A stretch of 39,458 nucleotides of DNA from a bacterium (GCA_963661625.1 CAVLCM010000001.1:5649-45106); one strand, 5' to 3'. Positions 10,016 to 19,125 are shown, counted from the stretch's first letter. Program-made: numbers and translations. The notes: a model not told the origin generated them from the letters alone.

Positions 10016-11407
10016 TTACGCAACCACGAAATAAACCGTGCGGTTGTACACCTGCGTTTGCGTGTCGTTTACCTTGATGTAGACGGTGAGGCGGACGGCG
10101 GCGCGGCCTTTTGTGCCGCTGAGCGTGCCGAGTATTTCGCCCGTGATGGGGTCGAGGTGGGGCTGCGTGCTGAATATGCCCTGCGTGTCGCTCACGACCA
10201 GGGTATAGCTCTCAATATGTTCGGTGTCGTTGAGCGAGTACCACTTTTCGGGGTTGTTGCGGTCGGCGTAGCGGTACACGCGGGGGATGAACTGGAAATC
10301 GCCTTCGCCGTAGAACGTGGCGTAGAACTCCTCCTCGTGCTTTTCCATGGTGAAGGCCGGGTAGCCCCCGATGGGAGGATAGAAGAAGGCGGAGAAGTCC
10401 ACCACGTAGTCGGTGAGCGTGACGGGTACGCGGACGAACGAGTTGCGAGGAATGTTGCCCAGCGTGATGAGCGCACGGCGGATGTCGGTGGTCTGCGTGC
10501 CGTCCTCAGCCGTCTGCACAGTCGTGACGCTCAGGGGAAAACGCCCCGTGGCGTGCTGCGATGCGCTCTCGTTGAGGTATGCGTCGGGCAGTGAGTGGGC
10601 CGTGTTGTCGGCTGCCAGCTCGAAGGGCGTGTCGGCGTTGTGGTAGTAGTTGAGCGTGGTGGTGTCGGTCGCGGTGGGGAACTCCACCACGGGACTGTTG
10701 TTCTCGTTCTTTCGGGGAAAGTAGTAGATGGTGGTGTTGTCCTTTGTGATGCCGCCCACGCTCACGTCGGTGATGCCGAGGGCCTGCTCCGTGGCGTTGG
10801 TGAACACGAAGCGCATCTTCGCCAGCTGACGGTAGAGCTGCAGGATGATTGTCTCATTGCTGTTGACCGTGTGCGTCTCGATGTTGGTCATGGGGATGCC
10901 GGTGGCGGGGACAACGTAGTTGTTGAACGCGCCCGTACTGGTGCTGGCCGCTATGCCATCGGGGACGGCACTGCCCACGGTGAAAGTCAGTCCGTTGAAC
11001 GTGGCGCTCGTGATGTCCGTACCGCTGGTCGTAACGGTCTCGGGCTCGATGTTTCCTATATTATAAAAGGTGTACTCGCCGTTCTCCGTGGTGATGTAGG
11101 CCACCACCTCGCGCTCCGTCTCGGTGGCGGAGGCCGCTGTGGGCGTTACCTTGTGGATGGACGTTACCTCGCCGCTGCTGTTGGCCATGACGACGTAAGC
11201 CTGTTGGAACATTTCGCCGTCTGCGGCGTTGGGGTCGGTCCAAGCCGTGGAGCGCGAGCCGATGTCGAGACTTGTCGGTTCAAGCACGAGGCGAATGCTC
11301 GAATAGCCGGCAGGCAGGTCGGTGGCCGTGCCGTCGGGCTGCTCGCTGCTGCAAGCCATGCACGCAAGGCCGGCTAACGCTATGTAGAGAGTGTGGCGGA
11401 GAAACAT
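10016..11407 (-). CDS. Type V pilin-like lipoprotein (minor or tip subunit), 463 aa
   Basis: Start moved to ATG 11407 (MFLRHTLYIALAGLACMA-C-SS lipobox); candidate Arg processing site IGSR|ST; fimbrillin-like IPMT...LYRQLAKMRFVF motif. Confidence 0.7.
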   Translation of the reverse strand: MFLRHTLYIALAGLACMACSSEQPDGTATDLPAGYSSIRLVLEPTSLDIGSRSTAWTDPNAADGEMFQQAYVVMANSSGEVTSIHKVTPTAASATETEREVVAYITTENGEYTFYNIGNIEPETVTTSGTDITSATFNGLTFTVGSAVPDGIAASTSTGAFNNYVVPATGIPMTNIETHTVNSNETIILQLYRQLAKMRFVFTNATEQALGITDVSVGGITKDNTTIYYFPRKNENNSPVVEFPTATDTTTLNYYHNADTPFELAADNTAHSLPDAYLNESASQHATGRFPLSVTTVQTAEDGTQTTDIRRALITLGNIPRNSFVRVPVTLTDYVVDFSAFFYPPIGGYPAFTMEKHEEEFYATFYGEGDFQFIPRVYRYADRNNPEKWYSLNDTEHIESYTLVVSDTQGIFSTQPHLDPITGEILGTLSGTKGRAAVRLTVYIKVNDTQTQVYNRTVYFVVA

Positions 11408-11448
11408 GGGGGGGAGGACTACTAAGAGAAAGTTGGACGGGGAAAGGC

Positions 11449-12897
11449 TTACATCTCGATGTCGGGCGCAATGATGGGCGTCCAGTCGCTCACCTCGATG
11501 AGGATGATGCCCATCGACGTGACGCGGTTGATGTGGATGCGGTAGATGTTGTTGCGCACGATGCCGTACTTCATCGGGATGTTGTCCGAACCCGAATTGT
11601 TGGGGTCGGCGTGGCGTATGTAGTAGTAATATGTTTTCGGAGTGTAGGTGCGCGTGCCGTCGGCGTTCATCTTGCCGTAGTAGCCGCAGGCCATTATGCC
11701 CGTGGCGAAGAGCGTTTTGCGGCTCTCGGGCGTAAGGGTGTTTTCGTGGGCGTAGGTGAGGATGTAGTAGCTGTTGCCCTCGTAAGTGTTTGACGCGTCG
11801 GTGCTGCGCACGGCTTCCGGGGTGAGCGTGCCGGCAACGGCTTCGGCGTAGGTGTTGGAGTAGGCGAGGCCCGCAATGGCCGTGCTTTGCTTCTGCGTGG
11901 TCCAGGGGTCGAGGACGTAGTTCGTGGCAAGGCCGGTGGCAGCGTCTTTCGTTTCCGCACCCATGAATGAGGGTGGCGACGTGCCGTCGTAGTCGGTGGA
12001 GACGCACTTCACGAGGCGCATACCCGATTGCAGGAGGTTGATGGGCGTAACGGAGGTGAGGACGAAAAGGTCACCATTGTCGGTGTTGTCCGTCACGCTC
12101 TTTACGTTGTAGGTGTAGCCCGTGGCCTGAACGGTCGTGCCGTCGTCGAGCGTGAGGGTGTGGGTGGAAAGGTCGTAGTCGCCGGCGGCGTTCTTCTGGG
12201 CCGTGCCGGGCGAAAAGTCGATTCGTGCCGCGAGGCGTTCCACCGAGACACTGATACTTATGGGGTTGGCAATGCCGCCCGTGGCCGAGTTGAGGTCGAC
12301 GGTGGCATCGTCGGCCTGCGCCATCACGAAGTTGGTGGCCGTGGCGGGGTTGGTGGAGGATGTCTGCGTGTAGAGGGTAGTTTCTATCTCGTTGCGCACG
12401 TCTCCCAGGGTCATTCCTTCAAAGCGGGTGCAGTCGCCCATGTTGCATACCACCAATATGTGGTAGAGGCCGCGGTCGATGCTTCGGTCGGCGTGCAAAA
12501 GTTCTGTTCGGTAGTAGGTGTTCGTCCCGTCGGTCACGGCCGTGAGCTGCGGGGCGTAGAGCGCGTGGGCGATGACGGTCTGCTCGTTGCCGTTTATCCC
12601 GTTCGCGTCGGAGTAGAGCAGGAGGGTGGCGTTTTCCACCTTTCGTTCGCGTTCGAAGCCCCAGTCCGTGCCGTCGCCCGTTTCGCCGCCCTGCGGGCCG
12701 CGTGTGGCGTAGCTGGTGTTTTGGCTGCGCACGCTCAGTTCAAAGTAAACGCCGTTTTTCGCAAACGCGTCCTCGGCCGGCTGGTTGCCGTCCGTACCGT
12801 TGTCTGCGCTGCAGCTGCAAACCAAAAGGGCAAGCAGCGCCATGCACCATGCGTGCAGGGCGGCAAGGGAAATGAAAGTGCGTTTACGGTATGACAT
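11449..12897 (-). CDS. Mfa1/FimA-family type V pilin lipoprotein (ancillary), 482 aa
   Basis: Lipobox LLVCS-C-S; YATR|G site; FVMA, VERLAARID and YYYYIRH...KYGIVRNNIYRIHINRV motifs. Confidence 0.8.
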   Translation of the reverse strand: MSYRKRTFISLAALHAWCMALLALLVCSCSADNGTDGNQPAEDAFAKNGVYFELSVRSQNTSYATRGPQGGETGDGTDWGFERERKVENATLLLYSDANGINGNEQTVIAHALYAPQLTAVTDGTNTYYRTELLHADRSIDRGLYHILVVCNMGDCTRFEGMTLGDVRNEIETTLYTQTSSTNPATATNFVMAQADDATVDLNSATGGIANPISISVSVERLAARIDFSPGTAQKNAAGDYDLSTHTLTLDDGTTVQATGYTYNVKSVTDNTDNGDLFVLTSVTPINLLQSGMRLVKCVSTDYDGTSPPSFMGAETKDAATGLATNYVLDPWTTQKQSTAIAGLAYSNTYAEAVAGTLTPEAVRSTDASNTYEGNSYYILTYAHENTLTPESRKTLFATGIMACGYYGKMNADGTRTYTPKTYYYYIRHADPNNSGSDNIPMKYGIVRNNIYRIHINRVTSMGIILIEVSDWTPIIAPDIEM

Positions 12898-12925
12898 TGC
12901 TTAATTCGTCAGGGTAAGCTTTGTG

Positions 12926-13031
12926 TTGTTAAACACCGGGTGTTTAGCAATCTTGCACTGCCTCCCCCGTTTTGGCAGGAGGAAACAGTGCAGGATTGAT
13001 GTGTCCCTTTTCCCCGTGGAGTGGGGAAGGG
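12926..13031. terminator. Three stem-loops downstream of the major pilin gene
   Basis: TAAACAC/GTGTTTA (~12930-12946), TGCACTG-CCTCC/GGAGG-CAGTGCA (12954-12992), TTCCCC/GGGGAA (13010-13028). Confidence 0.5.
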
Positions 13032-13058
13032 GGAGAGTTTTTTGATTGTCCGGCAGAC

Positions 13059-14801
13059 TTAGAAGTCTACAGAGTTGTTGCGTACAGCCCAGTCCATAAT
13101 CTTGACAGTGGTCTGCAGGTAGTACTTCTTCGTGTCGTCCGGGTCGTTGGACGGAGTGGGGATTACGGGCTTGCCCGGAGCCGTCACCGAGTTGAGCGTG
13201 ATTACGTAGCTGTTGTTACGCACTACGCCGTAGCGGCCGAGGTAGTTCTTCGTGTTGTCATCGCTTCCGTCGGTGTAGTTCGTAGTGCCGTTCCACGGAG
13301 TATAAGTATCGCCGAAGTGCTTGATGAGCGAAGTGTAGTAGCAGATACCGCCCTTATAGGTGGTTACTTGGCCGATGGCTTTCTGGGCTGCGGACAGTTG
13401 CTCAGAGGTAAGGTTAGCACCGTCAACAGTGAAGCATTCCTCGGTGATGTCTGCCTTGCCAGCCTTGAACTTATCAGCTACGATGGCAACGGTGTTCGTA
13501 GAACCGATGGCAGCCTTAACAAGTTCAGCAAGCTTTTCGCCGCTGTAAACCAGCGAACTGTTACCGATAGTGTACCAGTCGTCGCCGTCAGCAATAGTAC
13601 TGCCGTTAGCCAAGTTGGATTTCGGGAGGTACTTAGCCTTCACCACGATGCGAGTGGTGTTGCCTTCCTTCATACGGGCTACGTCAAAGGTGTTCTCCAA
13701 GCAGTAGAGGGAGGTGGTGAGGGCTTCTGTAACTGCATTAGCGTCCTCACCGGCCGTCATGTCTTTCTGCACGTAGTTGAAGGGAAGAGTAGTAGAATTG
13801 AGGTCTACCACGTTGCCGGAAGTATAAGTCACATCCGTGTTGAAGTTGGGATCCGTAGCAAAGTGCGTGCGGTAAGCTTCAGTCTCAATGCTGCCTTCAA
13901 GCCTGTGGTTCGTGTCTTTGAAACGAATACCGTTGCTGCCGCCTACGTTGTTCTCGTAGGTATTCCAATCAGTATTGTAATGACGGAGAGCATATTCGCT
14001 CTTGTTGGTAACGTCTAAAGTCCAGTTCAGGATGGTAACTTCGTCGTTTTTGTAGGAAGAGCTGGTTCCAACCGTCGTCTTCCAATTAGTGCCGTCAGTT
14101 GTAGCTGTGAAGTTGGTGGCGTTCTTATCCAAAGAAACCTTAGCCACTGCGCGCTCAACGTAAACCGTCTTGGCCTGAGCCTTAGCTTCTTCAATCTTCG
14201 TGGAAGGAGTAACCGTTACCAACTCCGTGCCGTCAGAGAGGGGAGAGTTGGCCATGAAGAACTGGTCTTTTCCTGCGCCGGTGAACTTTTCAGCGTCGGC
14301 CTGAGCTGTCAAAGTCTTTTCCTTGATGGCAGTCCAAGATTTGTTGGTTTCAGTGATATCACCGTTGTCGTTGCAATCAATAACCTTGTTTTCCTTGTTA
14401 TTGATAAGCACAAGAACCTGCTTTTTGTTGCCGTTCTCCATTTCCTCCACGGGGAGTGTAGCCTGCGTGGTGATGCCGTTGGCAGATGAGGGAGGCGTGC
14501 TCCACGTGAGCTGGCTGGCATCGTAAGTGATGTCCTTGATGTAGTTGCCACTATTGTCGAAGTAAACCACCGTAAGGCTCTTTACGTTGTACTCCTTAGG
14601 GTCGCCTTGGTTGTATTCAACGTCGGCACGCACGCCGGCACCCGAAGTGGAGGGGAGGCTGAGGTTGAGGGCCACATAGGCTTTGCCATTGGATGTTGAT
14701 CCGCCGTTTGACGAATTGCCGTCAACAGCCACTTCGTCCGACGAACAGCCCGCGGCAAGCATAGCAGCTGCCGAAAGGGCGAGGACAGAAAGTCTTTTCA
14801 T
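13059..14801 (-). CDS. Mfa1-family major fimbrial (type V pilus) subunit, 580 aa
   Basis: Start moved to ATG 14801 (MKRLSVLALSAAAMLAAG-C-SSDE); AGVR|A site; FFMAN, VERAVAKV, YCLENTF, GGICYYTSLIKHF, GRYGVVRNNSY, Pro-rich segment and terminal W-x-V strand. Confidence 0.9.
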   Translation of the reverse strand: MKRLSVLALSAAAMLAAGCSSDEVAVDGNSSNGGSTSNGKAYVALNLSLPSTSGAGVRADVEYNQGDPKEYNVKSLTVVYFDNSGNYIKDITYDASQLTWSTPPSSANGITTQATLPVEEMENGNKKQVLVLINNKENKVIDCNDNGDITETNKSWTAIKEKTLTAQADAEKFTGAGKDQFFMANSPLSDGTELVTVTPSTKIEEAKAQAKTVYVERAVAKVSLDKNATNFTATTDGTNWKTTVGTSSSYKNDEVTILNWTLDVTNKSEYALRHYNTDWNTYENNVGGSNGIRFKDTNHRLEGSIETEAYRTHFATDPNFNTDVTYTSGNVVDLNSTTLPFNYVQKDMTAGEDANAVTEALTTSLYCLENTFDVARMKEGNTTRIVVKAKYLPKSNLANGSTIADGDDWYTIGNSSLVYSGEKLAELVKAAIGSTNTVAIVADKFKAGKADITEECFTVDGANLTSEQLSAAQKAIGQVTTYKGGICYYTSLIKHFGDTYTPWNGTTNYTDGSDDNTKNYLGRYGVVRNNSYVITLNSVTAPGKPVIPTPSNDPDDTKKYYLQTTVKIMDWAVRNNSVDF

Positions 14802-15157
14802 AATTGTATTTTGTTTGTTAGGGTTTTTATTCTTGCTTCGTGCGTTTCCCGTTTTCCGCGTGCCTGTGTGCGGTTGGAGATGTGTGCACAAGGCATTCGG
14901 AAGGCATTGGATAAGTCGGGCAGACTTATCCGATGCCGTTACGGCGCGCGATCCTAGCATCGGGATGCAGGAAAAGCGTGTGCCGGAGTCTAAAAAGTAA
15001 AAAGACGATGAAAATTACCCCCCCCTATAGAGTAATAACAGAAGAGAGAAAAGGGATGTGTTCTTGGCAATTTGGCTAGGCGGCGCAGCGGCTAATGCTT
15101 CCTATATATATAAGGTGTGCTTTTCAAGCCGCAAACGGCCGTTTCGCTTTTGCGCAG

Positions 15158-15165
15158 CAAAGGTA
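15158..15165 (-). promoter_or_regulatory. Bacteroidetes primary-sigma -7 box for the pilus operon
   Basis: TACCTTTG on the minus strand; no good TTTG -33 box at 19-21 nt. Confidence 0.6.
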
Positions 15166-15324
15166 GATACAAATGTTTTTACGCATTGCAATTTTGCGCT
15201 TTATTTGTATGAAAATGCAAGATTTTCGTGCAATCTACGAAATTTCGGGGTGTTTGGTCTTGCAAAATGACAATTTAGGGGCCTTGCGACATGGTTCTAA
15301 TGGCAATGTTGTCCTAAACGTTCT

Positions 15325-15398
15325 TATTTCTGTCCGATAAAACAACCCAACGCATTGCTCAGGTTTTCTCTCGCCGCTGGTGCAATTTTTTTGCGCCA
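15325..15398 (+). repeat. Dispersed ~70-bp block X, copy 2
   Basis: TGTCCGATAAAACAACCCAACGCATTGCTCAGGTTTTC...TGGTGCAATTTTTTTGCGCCA, homologous to 75-149. Confidence 0.85.
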
Positions 15399-15471
15399 CC
15401 AAATGGCGCATATTGAAAATCAACGAGTTACGTGTTTTATATTCACCATTCCGTTTTCCATCCTTTCATTC

Positions 15472-15609
15472 ATCGTACGTTCACCCTCTTTAATGACGTA
15501 CGTTCACTCTATTTATAGACGTACGTTCACTCTACTTATAGACGTACGTTCACTCGAGTTATAGACGTACGTTCACTCACCCTCATGACGTACGTTCACT
15601 CATCGCATA
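15472..15609 (+). repeat. Tandem array of six 23-bp units: constant GACGTACGTTCACTC plus 8 variable nt
   Basis: Unit starts at 15472 (degenerate), 15495, 15518, 15541, 15564 and 15587. Confidence 0.95.
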
Positions 15610-15743
15610 TTCACAAAACGCTGTTACTCACTGAGAAGCATCTTGCCATAAAGCCGCTTTTCGGGTTAGGAACCTCCGAAAACTGATTTGGGTGACGCAT
15701 TGACGAAGTCAAGAAAAAACTTAGTATCAGGCTTGTGCAACTG

Positions 15744-15774
15744 TTGGCCGTGTGGAAAAAAGTGGCTAACTTTG
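15744..15774 (+). promoter_or_regulatory. Promoter of the str operon
   Basis: TTG (15744-46), N20, TAACTTTG (15767-74), about 80 nt before rpsL. Confidence 0.8.
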
Positions 15775-15853
15775 CAGCCCGAATGGTGTAGTATATCCCG
15801 TTCGCTACTGGTTCAAGAAACGAAACAATAATACAACAATAAAAATTTCAACA

Positions 15854-16237
<384 letters not shown>

Positions 16238-16247
16238 GAATAGCCCG

Positions 16248-16370
16248 AAGCAAATGTGCAAAAGCGAGCGTTCAGGAAATGATGAAAGCCGCCGTGGCGT
16301 GTGAGGCACGCCCGTCAGTTGCGGCCCGTTCCGGCGAATACTCCCGTTTGCGCATTTGCTTTGCTTTTTT
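16248..16370 (+). other. Long intergenic stem-loop between rpsL and rpsG
   Basis: AAGCAAATGTGCAAA (16248-62) pairs with TTTGCGCATTTGCTT (16347-61); inner stems; T-run follows. Confidence 0.65.
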
Positions 16371-16505
16371 ACCCCAGAAACTCGGCCCGAGGCATAGGGC
16401 ATACACATTATATATATAAACAACTTGGTGAGCAAAGGTTGAGTAAACACCCCCGAGGGGCGTTGAAGACAACAATTGCAGCCTTAACAAAACCAACTAC
16501 TCGAA

Positions 16506-16982
16506 ATGAGAAAAGCAAAACCAAAGAAGCGCGTGATTCTTCCCGATCCCGTGTTCGGCGATCAGAAAGTGTCTAAGTTCGTAAACCACCTGATGTACGA
16601 CGGCAAGAAGACCATCTCGTATGAAATCTTCTACAAGAGCCTCGAAATCGTTGGCGAGAAGATGAAGGACCAGGAAAAGAGCGCGCTCGAAATCTGGAAG
16701 GAAGCTCTCGACAAGATCACTCCGCAGGTGGAGGTGAAGAGCCGCCGCATCGGTGGTGCCACGTTCCAGGTGCCTACGGAAATCCGTCCCGACCGCAAAG
16801 AGTCTGTGTCGATGAAGAACATGATCGGCTACGCTCGCAAGCGCGGCGGCAAGACCATGGCCGACAAGCTCGCAGCCGAAATCATGGACGCTTACAACGA
16901 GCAGGGCGGCGCATTCAAGCGCAAAGAAGACATGCACCGCATGGCCGAGGCTAACCGTGCATTCGCACACTTCCGTTTCTAA
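16506..16982 (+). CDS. rpsG: 30S ribosomal protein S7
   Basis: [16 protein letters not shown]...[13 protein letters not shown]. Confidence 0.99.
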   Translation: MRKAKPKKRVILPDPVFGDQKVSKFVNHLMYDGKKTISYEIFYKSLEIVGEKMKDQEKSALEIWKEALDKITPQVEVKSRRIGGATFQVPTEIRPDRKESVSMKNMIGYARKRGGKTMADKLAAEIMDAYNEQGGAFKRKEDMHRMAEANRAFAHFRF

Positions 16983-17004
16983 CATTTATTGAGAATACAC
17001 AACG

Positions 17005-19125
17005 ATGGCAAAAGTCGATTTACATTTAACGCGTAATATCGGTATCATGGCTCACATCGATGCCGGTAAAACCACTACGTCTGAGCGTATCCTGTTCTAC
17101 ACGGGTAAGACGCACAAAATCGGTGAGGTGCACGACGGTGGCGCTACCATGGACTGGATGGCCCAGGAGCAGGAGCGCGGTATCACTATCACCTCGGCTG
17201 CTACTACTTGCTTCTGGAACTGGAACGACAAGCAGTACAAGCTCAACCTGATTGACACTCCGGGACACGTGGACTTCACGGCTGAGGTGGAGCGTTCGCT
17301 CCGCGTACTCGACGGCGCAGTGGCTACTTACTGCGCAGTGGGCGGCGTGGAACCCCAGTCTGAGACGGTGTGGCGCCAGGCCGACAAGTACAACGTGCCC
17401 CGTATCGGCTACGTGAACAAGATGGACCGCTCGGGTGCCGACTTCTTCGAAGTGGTGCGCCAGATGAAGGCTATCCTCGGCGCTAACCCCTGTGTGATCT
17501 CAATTCCTATCGGAGCTGAGGAGAACTTCAAGGGTATCGTCGACCTCATCAAGATGAAGGCTATCTTCTGGCACGATGAGACGATGGGCGCAGAATACGA
17601 AATTGACGACATCCCCGCCGAACTGCAAGCTGAAGCTCAGGAATGGCACGACAAGATGGTGGAAACGGCCGCTGAATGCGACGAGGCTCTCATGGAGAAG
17701 TTCTTCGAAGATCCCTCATCGATCACCGAAGAGGAAATCATCGCTGCTATCCGCAAGGGTACGCTCTCTATGAGCATCGTGCCCATGACGCAGGGTTCTT
17801 CCTTCAAGAACAAGGGTGTGCAGACGTTGCTCGACTACGTTTGTATGTTCCTTCCCTCTCCCCTCGATACGCCCAACATCATCGGTACCAACCCCGACAC
17901 GGGCGAAGAGGAAGACCGCAAGCCCTCTGAGGACGAGCACACTTCGGCCCTCGCGTTCAAGATCGCCACTGACCCCTATGTGGGCCGTCTGACCTTCTTC
18001 CGCGTTTACTCGGGTAAGATCGAAGCCGGTTCGTACACCTACAACACCCGTTCGGGCAAGAAGGAACGTGTGAGCCGTCTGTTCCAGATGCACTCCAACC
18101 ACCAGAACCCCGTTGAAGTTATCTCCGCAGGTGACATCGGCGCAGGTGTAGGTTTCAAGGATATCCACACGGGTGACACCCTCTGCGACGAAGACGCACC
18201 CATCGTGCTCGAGTCTATGGACTTCCCCGATCCCGTTATCGGTATCGCCGTTGAGCCTAAGACGCAGAAGGACCTCGACAAATTGTCGCAGGGCTTGGCC
18301 AAGCTGGCTGAGGAAGACCCCACCTTCACCGTTAAGACCGACGAGCAGAGCGGCCAGACCGTTATCTCGGGTATGGGTGAGCTTCACCTCGACATCATTA
18401 TCGACCGTCTGAAGCGTGAGTTCAAGGTGGAATGTAACCAGGGTAAGCCCCAGGTGAACTACAAGGAAGCCATCACCAAGACGGTTAACCTCCGCGAGGT
18501 TTACAAGAAGCAGTCGGGTGGTCGCGGTAAGTTTGCCGACATCATCGTAAACGTAGGTCCTGTTGACGAAGACTTCAAGGAAGGCGGTCTGCAGTTCGAA
18601 AACAAGGTGACTGGCGGTAACATCCCCAAGGAATTCATCCCCTCTGTACAGAAGGGCTTCGAAAGCGCCATGAAGAGCGGTGTGCTCGGCGGCTTCCCCT
18701 TGGACAGCCTCAAGGTAGAACTCCTCGACGGTTCGTTCCACCCCGTTGACTCCGACCAGTTGTCGTTCGAAATCGCTGCACTCCAGGCTTACAAGAACGC
18801 TTGCGCTCAGGCTGGCCCCGTGCTGATGGAACCCATCATGAAGCTCGAAGTTGTTACTCCCGAGGAGAACATGGGTGACGTAATCGGTGACTTGAACAAG
18901 CGTCGCGGTCAGGTAGAAGGCATGGAAACCAGCCGCAGCGGTGCGCGCATCGTGAAGGCTATGGTGCCTCTGGCAGAGATGTTCGGCTATGTAACAGCTC
19001 TCCGTACCATCACTTCAGGCCGTGCTTCAAGCTCTATGCAGTACGACCACCACGCTCCCGTATCGTCGAGCATCGCACGCAGCGTACTCGAGGAAATCAA
19101 GGGTCGCGTAGACCTCGTGAAGTAA
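17005..19125 (+). CDS. fusA: Elongation factor G
   Basis: [27 protein letters not shown]; 706 aa. Confidence 0.99.
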   Translation: MAKVDLHLTRNIGIMAHIDAGKTTTSERILFYTGKTHKIGEVHDGGATMDWMAQEQERGITITSAATTCFWNWNDKQYKLNLIDTPGHVDFTAEVERSLRVLDGAVATYCAVGGVEPQSETVWRQADKYNVPRIGYVNKMDRSGADFFEVVRQMKAILGANPCVISIPIGAEENFKGIVDLIKMKAIFWHDETMGAEYEIDDIPAELQAEAQEWHDKMVETAAECDEALMEKFFEDPSSITEEEIIAAIRKGTLSMSIVPMTQGSSFKNKGVQTLLDYVCMFLPSPLDTPNIIGTNPDTGEEEDRKPSEDEHTSALAFKIATDPYVGRLTFFRVYSGKIEAGSYTYNTRSGKKERVSRLFQMHSNHQNPVEVISAGDIGAGVGFKDIHTGDTLCDEDAPIVLESMDFPDPVIGIAVEPKTQKDLDKLSQGLAKLAEEDPTFTVKTDEQSGQTVISGMGELHLDIIIDRLKREFKVECNQGKPQVNYKEAITKTVNLREVYKKQSGGRGKFADIIVNVGPVDEDFKEGGLQFENKVTGGNIPKEFIPSVQKGFESAMKSGVLGGFPLDSLKVELLDGSFHPVDSDQLSFEIAALQAYKNACAQAGPVLMEPIMKLEVVTPEENMGDVIGDLNKRRGQVEGMETSRSGARIVKAMVPLAEMFGYVTALRTITSGRASSSMQYDHHAPVSSSIARSVLEEIKGRVDLVK

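Noticed and set aside
11408..12007. 200-aa N-terminal extension of the third pilin, or a programmed frameshift fusion with the upstream gene
   Set aside because: It overlaps the upstream pilin out of frame and is Arg/His-rich nonsense; a proper lipoprotein signal starts at 11407 and no slippery site was seen in the overlap.
445..14018. Long plus-strand ORFs (445-1974, 2476-4644, 5128-6534, 12972-14018 and others)
   Set aside because: Antisense shadows of GC-rich minus-strand genes, with biased composition and no motifs.
14802..14960. Extended start of the major pilin
   Set aside because: The signal peptide and A-rich initiation context are at 14801.
15100..15330. Invertible promoter for the pilus operon
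   Set aside because: Only short local palindromes; no convincing inverted-repeat pair flanks the -7 box and no invertase is nearby.
15355..15564. 69-aa ORF across the array
   Set aside because: The 23-bp period is not a multiple of 3 and there is no coding signal.
15472..15609. CRISPR array
   Set aside because: The 15-nt repeat and 8-nt spacers are far too short, several spacers resemble each other, and there are no cas genes in the window.
16248..16370. SRP (4.5S) RNA or tRNA
   Set aside because: No SRP domain IV motif and no cloverleaf or T-loop.
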